In this document: one piece after another, positions 10,196-18,681 of the stretch
Layout of the letters: every line of letters begins with the position of its first letter
Position numbering within the stretch: position 1 is the stretch's first letter
Origin: an uncultured Clostridium sp.
Lineage (GTDB): Bacteria; Bacillota; Clostridia; TANB77; CAG-508
Direction of reading: 5' to 3'
Assembly: GCA_958422985.1 (NCBI GenBank)
Contig: CATZPY010000003.1
Coordinates: 21,671-85,670, forward strand
Length of the DNA: 64,000 nucleotides
Notes under the pieces: model-generated
The model's database searches: none
The model's input: only the letters and a program-made list of their open reading frames with translations
What the model was told of the DNA's origin: nothing
Position numbers and translations under genes: made by a program

Positions 10196-11082
10196 ACTTT
10201 TTTACAGATAGGAAATTTAAAAAAATTGCAAAAAAAGAAAATATAAAAGCTCCAGAAAAATATTTAAAGTCGATAGACGAAACACTAAATAATTTGCAAG
10301 ATACAAATGAAAAAATTCATGTAAAGCCAATTTGGGGATATAGTCTAAAATTTGCTTTAGCAATTGCTTTAATTACGTTTGTAGTATTGCCTAATTTAAG
10401 CTCTGAAGTTTCTTATGCTATGCAAAAATTACCTGTAATAGGAAACTTAATTAAGGTAATTACTATTAAGAATTATTTTGATAAAGATGGTAATAGCGAA
10501 TTAAATGCTAATGTACCTAACATAGAAAATAAAGAAAACATAATAAGTAAATCTAATGAAAAAATAAATACAGATGTTCAAGAATTAACAAAAAGAATTA
10601 TTAATAAATATTATGAAGAAAAAGATCCAAATAATCATATGTCAGTGGAAATTAATTCAGATATAATAACAAATACTAGTAATTGGTTTACGTTAAAATT
10701 AACAATATCTGAAACTGCAGCAAGCAGTAATTTGGAGTATAAATATTATCATATAGACAAAAAAACAGATGAAATGATAGAAATGGCAGATTTATTTGAT
10801 GGTGAAGAATATAAAGAAGTAATAAGTAAAGAAATAAAAAGGCAGATGAAAGTTAGAATGCAAGAAAATGAAAATGTTGTTTATTGGATAGATGAAGAAC
10901 TTCAAGACTGTAGTTTTAGCAAAATAGATAATAATCAAAATTTTTACTTTTCAGAAAATGGAAATATAGTAATAGTTTTTGACAAGTATGAAGTTGGACC
11001 TGGTTCTAGCGGAGCTCCAGAATTTGAAATAGATAAATCAATTTATGAAAAGTATTTAAAAAATAAAAATGAAAAAAATTAA
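10192..11082 (+). CDS. rsiV: Anti-sigma factor RsiV-like (single TM, DUF4163/DUF3298-type ectodomain)
   Basis: It has a short cytoplasmic N-terminus, one TM helix (LKFALAIALITFVVLP), and an ectodomain ending FYFSENGNIVIVFDKYEVGPGSSGAPEFEI. This mirrors the B. subtilis RsiV C-terminal motif (...YEIAPYAAGIPEFTIP), recalled from memory. Confidence 0.65.
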   Translation: MNFFTDRKFKKIAKKENIKAPEKYLKSIDETLNNLQDTNEKIHVKPIWGYSLKFALAIALITFVVLPNLSSEVSYAMQKLPVIGNLIKVITIKNYFDKDGNSELNANVPNIENKENIISKSNEKINTDVQELTKRIINKYYEEKDPNNHMSVEINSDIITNTSNWFTLKLTISETAASSNLEYKYYHIDKKTDEMIEMADLFDGEEYKEVISKEIKRQMKVRMQENENVVYWIDEELQDCSFSKIDNNQNFYFSENGNIVIVFDKYEVGPGSSGAPEFEIDKSIYEKYLKNKNEKN

Positions 11083-11230
11083 TTTTTATATTGTAATTTT
11101 TATTTTCTTAGTATATATTATGCAAAAGGGTGTGAAGAAATGCAAAAAATGTTAAAAAAAGAAGAATTAAATACTAAGAAAAAAACAAAGGCGCAAGTAG
11201 CTTTTTTTAACAACCATATATTTATATATT

Positions 11231-11263
11231 AATACTAATTCTTTTTTGAATTAGTATTTTTTT
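11231..11263 (+). terminator. Rho-independent terminator closing the MBOAT-SGNH-sigV-rsiV unit
   Basis: AATACTAATTC-TTTTTT-GAATTAGTATT is a perfect 11-bp stem, followed by a T-run. Confidence 0.7.
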
Positions 11264-11354
11264 GTATTTGGCTAATTATTCCTATTTATATAGCAGACAA
11301 TTAGTATAATATTGCACACTTATACATTAAAATAAAAAGAGGGGGTATCTTCAA

Positions 11355-12674
11355 ATGGAAGAAAAAAAGTTACTACTAGATGTAAACGAAAAGCCAGAAA
11401 TTGCTAAATGGATTATTTTGGCAATACAACATGTTTTTGCAATGTTTGGTGCTACAATTTTAGTACCTATTTTAGTAAATAGTACAGCAGGTCAGGAAGT
11501 TCTCACAATACCTGTTGCTTTAGTTACTTCGGGAATAGGAACGTTAATTTATATACTGTGTACAAAAGGAAAGTCACCAGTTTATTTAGGAAGTTCATTT
11601 GCTTTTATAGCACCACTTGCAGCTGCGTATTTAAAAGGTGGTATTTCTGGAGCTATGACAGGAATAATGGTTATAGGACTTATATATGTAGTATTTGCTA
11701 CAATTATTCACTTTATAGGTAAAAACTGGATAAATAAATTGTTACCACATATTGTTATAGGTCCAATGATAATGATAATAGGACTTGGTTTGGCACCTAA
11801 TGCAATATCACAAATTGGTTTAGGAACCGAGTCACAAATAGAGTGGAAGGGCATAATTGTGGCACTTATAACATTTTTAACAACTGCAATTATTATGGTT
11901 AGAGGAAAGGGATTTTTAAAGATAGTACCTTTTTTAGTAGGGATAGTTACAGGATATGTAGCTTCTATATGTTTAGGATTAGTAGATTTTACACCAGTAG
12001 CAGAAGCGGCATTTTTTAGTATGCCTAACTTTATAATACCATTTGTAGATTATGTTCCTAGTTTTTCTGCATTACTTACAATAGCGCCTATAGCTTTAGT
12101 AACAATGGCAGAGCATATTGGTGATCATACAGCATTAAGTACAATAATTGGAAAAGATTTATTAAAAAATCCAGGACTGGATAGAACTTTACTTGGAGAT
12201 GGTATTGCAACTTTTGTAGCAGGAATACTTGGTGGACCTGCAAATACAACATATGGAGAAAATACATCTGTTGTTGGAATGACTAAGATTGCATCTGTTT
12301 GGGTAATAGGATTAGCAGCTATTATAGCTATATGCTTGGGATTTCTTGGTAAATTTACAGCAATTATTTCTACAATACCAGAACCAGTATTAGGTGGAGT
12401 TTCCTTATTACTTTATGGTTTTATAGCTATAAATGGATTAAAGGTTTTAATAGAAAATCAAATAGATTTTGGAAAGCCTAAGAATATAGTTGTAGCGTCA
12501 ACAATGCTTGTTTTAGGATTAGGAGGAGCTGCAATATCTATCGTATCTGGAGATCTATCTATTACTATATCTGGTATGAGTTTAGCAGCAACAGTTGGAA
12601 TAATATTAAATTTATTATTACCAGAAGAAAAAATGGAAAGATTAGAAGAAAGTACACAGAAAAAGGAGGAATAA
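11355..12674 (+). CDS. uraA: Uracil permease (NCS2 family)
   Basis: It is a 12-14 TM protein with the NCS2 signatures LAIQHVFAMFGATILVP and GENTSVVGMT. It lies immediately upstream of upp. Confidence 0.85.
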   Translation: MEEKKLLLDVNEKPEIAKWIILAIQHVFAMFGATILVPILVNSTAGQEVLTIPVALVTSGIGTLIYILCTKGKSPVYLGSSFAFIAPLAAAYLKGGISGAMTGIMVIGLIYVVFATIIHFIGKNWINKLLPHIVIGPMIMIIGLGLAPNAISQIGLGTESQIEWKGIIVALITFLTTAIIMVRGKGFLKIVPFLVGIVTGYVASICLGLVDFTPVAEAAFFSMPNFIIPFVDYVPSFSALLTIAPIALVTMAEHIGDHTALSTIIGKDLLKNPGLDRTLLGDGIATFVAGILGGPANTTYGENTSVVGMTKIASVWVIGLAAIIAICLGFLGKFTAIISTIPEPVLGGVSLLLYGFIAINGLKVLIENQIDFGKPKNIVVASTMLVLGLGGAAISIVSGDLSITISGMSLAATVGIILNLLLPEEKMERLEESTQKKEE

Positions 12675-12676
12675 AA

Positions 12677-13303
12677 ATGAATATACATGTATTAGATAAT
12701 CCAATTATAGAACACAAACTATCTATAATAAGAAATAAAAATACAGGAACAAAAGAATTTAGGGAAATAATAACAGAAATTGCAATTTTCTTATGTTATG
12801 AGGCAATGAAAGATGCAAAATTAGAAGAGGTAGAAATAGAAACACCATTATGCAAAACAAAAGCAAAAATATTAAGGGAAGATAAATATGCTTTTGTACC
12901 AATTTTAAGAGCTGGTACAGGAATGCTAGATGGACTTTTACAAGTTATACCAAATGCAAAAATAGGTCATATTGGATTATATAGGGATGAAGAAACATTA
13001 AAGCCAATAAAATACTATTATAAAATGCCAAAAGACATAAGTAAAAGGGAAGTACTTATATTAGATCCAATGCTTGCAACAGGAGGTTCAGCAGAAGATA
13101 CAATAAGATGTCTAAAAGAAGATGGTGTGAAAAAGATAAAATTTCTTTCAATATTAGCAGCACCAGAAGGAATAGAAAAATTAAACAAAGAATTTCCAGA
13201 CGTAAAATTATATACAGCAGGAATAGACGAAAGATTGAACGAATATGGTTATATAGTGCCAGGATTAGGAGATGCAGGAGATAGAATATTTGGAACAAAA
13301 TAA
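12677..13303 (+). CDS. upp: Uracil phosphoribosyltransferase
   Basis: At 208 aa it carries HPLIxHKL-like NPIIEHKLSIIRNK, VPILRAG, the PRPP motif VLILDPMLATGGS, and the C-terminal YIVPGLGDAGDRIFGTK. Confidence 0.95.
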   Translation: MNIHVLDNPIIEHKLSIIRNKNTGTKEFREIITEIAIFLCYEAMKDAKLEEVEIETPLCKTKAKILREDKYAFVPILRAGTGMLDGLLQVIPNAKIGHIGLYRDEETLKPIKYYYKMPKDISKREVLILDPMLATGGSAEDTIRCLKEDGVKKIKFLSILAAPEGIEKLNKEFPDVKLYTAGIDERLNEYGYIVPGLGDAGDRIFGTK

Positions 13304-13329
13304 CTGGGCTTAGGAAATGGTCCTAAAAT

Positions 13330-13366
13330 TCCCTCTTTTATACAATTTGTAAAGGAGGGATTTTTT
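13330..13366 (+). terminator. Rho-independent terminator after upp
   Basis: TCCCTCTTT / AAAGGAGGGA forms a stem with one G-U pair, followed by T6. Confidence 0.55.
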
Positions 13367-13386
13367 AGTATAGTAGGAAATTATGT

Positions 13387-13443
13387 CATACCTTAGATTT
13401 TCTTAGAATTTACATTTGGTAGAAAATCTTAGGTATGTTTTTC
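13387..13443 (+). terminator. Second hairpin with T-run after upp; a copy of dispersed repeat family 2
   Basis: CATACCTTAGATTTTCT ... AGAAAATCTTAGGTATG is a 17-bp stem with one central mismatch, then TTTTT. The sequence is nearly identical to 29947..30008. Confidence 0.6.
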
Positions 13444-13596
13444 TGTTAAAAAGAGTACTTAACATTTGTAAACTAGGATTTTAGAGAACGTATCTTGCTA
13501 CATCGAACTCGGTTTAAAAGTTCACTAAAAGTTTACTTGAAAAAAGTTAATAGCTATGATAATATGAAAACACAAAAATTAGATTGGAGTGAATAT

Positions 13597-14696
13597 ATGC
13601 TAGAATTAGAAGATAATAAAAAAGAGCTTCAAGAATTATTTAACAAACTAGAAGAAATCGGTGAATCTCTTTGAAGTAGAAAAATTGAAGGCCAAACTAG
13701 AAAATCTTGAAAAAGAAACTTTAAAAGAAGATTTTTGGAATGGTGATAATAGTAAAATTTTGCAAGAAATAAAAATTCTAAAAGATAATATAAATTCATA
13801 TAATAAGATATATAATGAATTACAAAATTGTATAGAGATGAATAACTTATTAGTTTTGGAAGAGGATAAAGAAATTTTACAAGAACTTTTAGAAGATACA
13901 AAGCGTATAAAAAAAGACATAGAAAGTTTGGAAATAAAAACTTTATTATCTGGTAAATATGACATGAATAATGCAATTGTTTCTATGCACCCAGGTGCAG
14001 GAGGAACAGAATCACAAGATTGGGTAGAAATGTTATATAGAATGTATAGCAGATGGGCTGAAAAACATAACTTCCAACTTAAAGAATTAGATTATCTAGA
14101 AGGTGATGAAGCAGGAATTAAAAGTGTTACTTTTTTAGTTAAAGGCGAATATGCTTATGGATACTTAAAAGGTGAAATGGGTGTACATAGGCTTGTTAGA
14201 ATTTCACCATTTGATAGTGGAGGAAGAAGACACACATCGTTTGCATCGGTAGAGGTTTTACCAGAAATTGAAGAAGATATACAAATAGATATAAATCCAG
14301 ACGACTTAAGAATAGATACATACAGAGCCTCTGGCGCAGGTGGGCAACATATAAATAAAACTTCTTCAGCAGTTAGAATAACACATATACCAACAAATAT
14401 AGTGGTTGCTTGCCAATCAGAACGTTCGCAAATTCAAAACAGAGAAACAGCGATGAAGATGCTTAAGTCAAAATTGTTTGACTTAAAAGAAAAAGAAAGA
14501 CAGAAAAATATAACAGACTTAAAGGGAGAGCAAAAGGATATTGCCTGGGGAAGCCAAATTAGGTCATATGTATTTTGTCCATATACTTTGGTAAAAGACC
14601 ATAGAACAAATTACGAAATTCGGAAATGTGCAATCTGTTATGGATGGTCAAATAGATGATTTTATACAAGAATATTTAAAAAAATTTAACAAATAG
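13597..14696 (+). CDS. prfB: Peptide chain release factor 2 (programmed +1 frameshift at 13669-13675; additional apparent 1-nt indel near 14618-14621)
   Basis: ORF0 is MLELEDNKKELQELFNKLEEIGESL-TGA. The +1 frame continues EVEKLKAKLE... through SPFDSGGRRHTSFA and the GGQ motif (RASGAGGQHINKT). The authentic C-terminus GNVQSVMDGQIDDFIQEYLKKFNK is read only after skipping one base at about 14621. Confidence 0.9.
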
Positions 14697-14836
14697 ATAT
14701 TTTATGTTATAATTATTTGTGCTAATATATTTTTGTAACAATATAAAAAGTTACGAAAAATATTTAGTTTCATATAATATATAGAAGTGATATTTAATTA
14801 AATTCATTTCTAACATTACAAAGAAGAGGTGTCAAA

Positions 14837-16024
14837 ATGGACACAATAGTTTTAAAATTTGGAGGGAGTTCAGTTTCAGACAATATAAAATTAAATATTG
14901 TAGCTGATAAAATTAAGGAATTTTATAAAGAAAATAATGTAGTAGTTGTAGTATCTGCTCAAGGAAAAACTACAGATAATTTATTAAAAGAAGCTCACGA
15001 GCTTAGTAATGTTCCAAATGAAAGGGAATTAGACACATTACTAAGTAGTGGTGAACAAATATCAATGTCTAAACTAAGTATATTACTTAACAGATTAGGA
15101 TATCCTGCAATTTCACTTACTGGCTGGCAAGCAGGAATATTTACAAGTGAATCAAACCAGTCAGCAGTTATAGAAAACATAGATACATCAAGAATACAAA
15201 AAGAATTAGAAGAAAGAAAAATTGTTATTATAGCAGGTTTTCAAGGTGTAAATTCAAAAGGAGATATAACAACATTAGGAAGAGGTGGTTCAGATACCAC
15301 AGCAGTAGCAGTAGCAGCAGCACTAAAAGCAGATAAATGTTATATATTTTCAGATGTGGATGGTGTATACTCTACAGATCCAAATAAAATACAAGATGCA
15401 AAAAAAATATCTGAATTATCATATGAAGAAATGCAAGATATTTCGAACGAAGGTGCTAAAGTATTGCATAACAGATGTGTAGAAATAGGAAAAAACTTTA
15501 ATATTCCAATAGTTACAAAATCAACATTTAACAATAGACCAGGAAGTATTATTAATAATAAAATAGAAGATACAAAAGTAAAAAGTATTGTAAAAAATGA
15601 TGATATAATTTTAGTTACTGCAAAACAAGATGTATATACTCCTAGAATAATTAATCGTATATACAGAAAATTATTAGAAAACAATATTTTTGTTAATAAC
15701 ATAATAAATAAGAGTGTATCTAATTTAGAAATACAATTTACTATAAAATCATCTGAATTTAATAAATTTGAAAATTTAATAACAAATGAATATCCTAGGT
15801 TAGATTGTTCTTATAAGAATATAAGTAAGATTTCTATTATAGGTTATGGGATAATGAATGATTCTGAAACGATAATGAAAACTATGCAAATATTAGATGC
15901 AAACGCTTTAGAAGTCTTAAATATACAAACAAATGAGTCAAAAATAAAAATAATATTTAGAGAAAAAGTAGAAGATAATATATTAGAACAATTGCATAAT
16001 GAACTTGTAAACAAAATAAACTAA
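14837..16024 (+). CDS. lysC: Aspartate kinase
   Basis: It has the N-terminus IVLKFGGSSVSD, GRGGSDTTAVAVAAAL, DVDGVYSTDP and C-terminal ACT-like repeats. Confidence 0.9.
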   Translation: MDTIVLKFGGSSVSDNIKLNIVADKIKEFYKENNVVVVVSAQGKTTDNLLKEAHELSNVPNERELDTLLSSGEQISMSKLSILLNRLGYPAISLTGWQAGIFTSESNQSAVIENIDTSRIQKELEERKIVIIAGFQGVNSKGDITTLGRGGSDTTAVAVAAALKADKCYIFSDVDGVYSTDPNKIQDAKKISELSYEEMQDISNEGAKVLHNRCVEIGKNFNIPIVTKSTFNNRPGSIINNKIEDTKVKSIVKNDDIILVTAKQDVYTPRIINRIYRKLLENNIFVNNIINKSVSNLEIQFTIKSSEFNKFENLITNEYPRLDCSYKNISKISIIGYGIMNDSETIMKTMQILDANALEVLNIQTNESKIKIIFREKVEDNILEQLHNELVNKIN

Positions 16025-16083
16025 TGAAAATGTGAGAAAGCTGTTTATAGCTAAACATTGGGGAGCTTTTTAATAAGAAAAAC

Positions 16084-16122
16084 AAAACCGGGATTTTAAG
16101 GACAGTCCCCAAGTCCCGGTTT
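16084..16122 (+). repeat. Dispersed hairpin repeat family 1 (copy A)
   Basis: The sequence is AAAACCGGGATTTTAAGGACAGTCCCCAAGTCCCGGTTT. The AACCGGGA/TCCCGGTT stem and the GATTTTAAGGAC core are shared with copies at 18682, 25075, 39256 and 54565 (minus). Confidence 0.6.
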
Positions 16123-16140
16123 AATAAAAGGAGGATACAT

Positions 16141-17481
16141 ATGAAAAATATTTCTAAAGAAAAATTAAAAAAATATGAAAAAGATTTTGCTAATGTTGAA
16201 AACAAAGTAATAACTAACACAGTTACAAAAAATGGATTTTTTAAATCTTGCGAAAATTATGAAGAAGTAAGAAATTCTAGATATGACTTTTCTGTAAATC
16301 TAAAACAAGGAGAAATAACAGATCAAAAAAGAAGTGGAAGATGTTGGATTTTTGCATCTACAAATTTTATTAGATATTTCTTAATAAAAAAATTAAACAT
16401 AGTAAATATAGAATTATCACAAAACTATATAGCGTTTTATGACAAACTAGAAAAATGTAATTATTTTCTAAATAGTATAATAAATACTATAGCTAGACCA
16501 ACAACAGACAGACATGTAACGTTTTTTCTAGATAATCCTATAAATGATGGTGGACAATGGGATATGTTTTTAAACATTATAAAAAAATATGGCATTGTTC
16601 CTAAAAGTGCTATGCCAGAAACATATAATTCTTCTAATACATTAGAAATTAATAAAATTTTAAAAAGAATCTTAAGAATGTATGCTTATGAATTAAGAGA
16701 AGACTACCAAAATAATAAAAGCTTAGAAGAAATAGAAAACAAAAAATTAGAAATGGTAGAAAAAATTTACAACATATTATGTACAGCATTTGGAAAGCCA
16801 CCTAAAGAATTCAATTTTGAATATACAAACAAAAAAGATGAATTTTTTAGAGAAAATAATATAACACCTATAGAGTTTTATAATAAATATGTAAAAGATT
16901 TAAATTTAGAAGATTATATAAGTATTATAAATGCTCCAAATGAAGATAGACCATTCTTTAAAAAATATACTGTAAATTATGTAGGAAATGTTGCAGAAGG
17001 TAATAAAATAACATACTTAAATTTACCAATAGAAAGACTAAAAGAAATGGCAATTGCACAGCTTACAGATGGTGTTCCAGTATTTTTTGGAAGTGATGTA
17101 GGACAAGAGTCTTCAAGAGATTTAGGAATATTATCACGTTCACTTTATAATATTAATGAATTAATAAACATAGAAGATAGTATGGATAAAGCAACTAAGC
17201 TTGAATATAGAGAAAGTGCAATGACACATGCAATGATGTTTCTAGGAGTAAACTTAGATGAAAACTGGAAAGGAAATCGTTGGAAAGTAGAAAACTCATG
17301 GGGAAATGCCATGGGGAATAAAGGAATATATCTTTTAACAGATGAATGGTTTAACTCTTATGTGTATCAGGTTGTAATTAACAAAAAACACCTAAAACCA
17401 GAAGAATTAGAGGCATACAATGAAAATAATTACTACATGGAATTAGAGCCATGGGATCCAATGGGAACATTAGCAGACTAG
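16141..17481 (+). CDS. pepC: Aminopeptidase C (bleomycin hydrolase-type C1 cysteine peptidase)
   Basis: The active-site context is QKRSGRCWIFAS, and it has a PepC-like length (446 aa) and the C-terminal motif ENSWG. Confidence 0.85.
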   Translation: MKNISKEKLKKYEKDFANVENKVITNTVTKNGFFKSCENYEEVRNSRYDFSVNLKQGEITDQKRSGRCWIFASTNFIRYFLIKKLNIVNIELSQNYIAFYDKLEKCNYFLNSIINTIARPTTDRHVTFFLDNPINDGGQWDMFLNIIKKYGIVPKSAMPETYNSSNTLEINKILKRILRMYAYELREDYQNNKSLEEIENKKLEMVEKIYNILCTAFGKPPKEFNFEYTNKKDEFFRENNITPIEFYNKYVKDLNLEDYISIINAPNEDRPFFKKYTVNYVGNVAEGNKITYLNLPIERLKEMAIAQLTDGVPVFFGSDVGQESSRDLGILSRSLYNINELINIEDSMDKATKLEYRESAMTHAMMFLGVNLDENWKGNRWKVENSWGNAMGNKGIYLLTDEWFNSYVYQVVINKKHLKPEELEAYNENNYYMELEPWDPMGTLAD

Positions 17482-17491
17482 GAGAAAATTT

Positions 17492-18355
17492 ATGTATGAT
17501 TGTATAATAATTGGTAAAGGACCAGCAGGAATAAGTGCAGCAATTTATATTAGTAGGTCTAACTTAAAAACATTAGTAATAGGAAAAGAAAATACAGCTT
17601 TAAATAGAGCTAAAAACATAGAAAACTATTATGGGTTTGAAGATAGCATTTCTGGTGAAGAACTTTTTAAAAATGGTATTAATCAAGCTAAAAAGCAAAA
17701 TATAGAAATGAAAAATGATGAAGTAATAGATATAGAATATGCTAATGGAACATATATTGTAAAAACAGTTAATAGCGAATACGAGACAAGAACAATTGTT
17801 CTTGCAACAGGAAAAAGTAGAAAAACTTCTAATATAGAAGGAGAAACTACATTCGAAGGAAAAGGAATAAGTTATTGTGCAATATGTGATGGTTTCTTTT
17901 TTAAAGAAAAGAATGTTGCTGTTATAGGGAATGGCGAATATGCACTTCATGAAGCAGAAATTTTAAAAAATGTAACAGATAAAGTTACTATTTTTACAAA
18001 TGGTAGTAAACTACCAGAAAATAGATCTTTAAGTATACAAAATGTTATAGAAGGAACAATCGATGCTATAAAAGGAAACACAAAAGTAGAAGCAATTCTT
18101 TTAGAAGATAAAAGAAGTATACCTGTAGATGGAATTTTTATTGCACAAGGCATTGCCTCTAGTGTAGACTTTGCAAAAAAACTTGGAATATTGTTAAAAA
18201 ATAATGATATTATAGTAAATGAAGATATGGAAACTAATGTACCAGGCATTTATGCAGCTGGAGATTGCACTGGTGGCTTATTACAAATATGCAAAGCAGT
18301 ATATGAAGGTGCTAAATGCGGCTTAAGTATTGCTAAAAAAATAAAAAATATATAA
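17492..18355 (+). CDS. trxB: Thioredoxin reductase-like flavoprotein lacking the NADPH HRR motif (possibly ferredoxin-dependent FFTR type)
   Basis: It has the FAD motif IIIGKGPAGISAA, the redox CAICDG, and GDC near the C-terminus. The second dinucleotide site reads GNGEYALHEA...VTIFTNGSKLPE, where NADPH-TrxRs have GGGxSAxEEA...HRRDxFRA. Confidence 0.75.
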   Translation: MYDCIIIGKGPAGISAAIYISRSNLKTLVIGKENTALNRAKNIENYYGFEDSISGEELFKNGINQAKKQNIEMKNDEVIDIEYANGTYIVKTVNSEYETRTIVLATGKSRKTSNIEGETTFEGKGISYCAICDGFFFKEKNVAVIGNGEYALHEAEILKNVTDKVTIFTNGSKLPENRSLSIQNVIEGTIDAIKGNTKVEAILLEDKRSIPVDGIFIAQGIASSVDFAKKLGILLKNNDIIVNEDMETNVPGIYAAGDCTGGLLQICKAVYEGAKCGLSIAKKIKNI

Positions 18356-18368
18356 GGAGGTTATTTTT

Positions 18369-18680
18369 ATGAGTAAAGTAATAGAAATAGCAGAAGAAAA
18401 TTTTGAAGCAGAGGTATTACAATCTGAGTTACCTGTATTAGTAGATTTTTGGGCACCATGGTGTGGTCCTTGTAGAATGATGGGACCTATAATAGAAGAA
18501 CTAGCAGAAGAAAATTTAGAACTAAAAGTTTGCAAACTTAATGTAGACGAAGCTTCAGATATAGCAAGAAAATATGAAATAGAAAGTATACCAACTTTAA
18601 TTTATTTTAATAATGGTATGGCTCTAAAAACTCTTGTAGGATTAAGAACAAAACAAGATATATTAAATACAATTAATTAA
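18369..18680 (+). CDS. trxA: Thioredoxin
   Basis: It is 103 aa with the WCGPC active site (FWAPWCGPCRMM). Confidence 0.95.
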   Translation: MSKVIEIAEENFEAEVLQSELPVLVDFWAPWCGPCRMMGPIIEELAEENLELKVCKLNVDEASDIARKYEIESIPTLIYFNNGMALKTLVGLRTKQDILNTIN

Positions 18681-18681
18681 T

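Noticed and set aside
11140-11232. A 30-codon ORF (MQKMLKKEELNTKKKTKAQVAFFNNHIFIY) between rsiV and the operon terminator.
   Set aside because: It has only a weak RBS-like GGGTGTG and no recognisable features, and its end runs into the terminator stem. There is not enough evidence to call it a gene.
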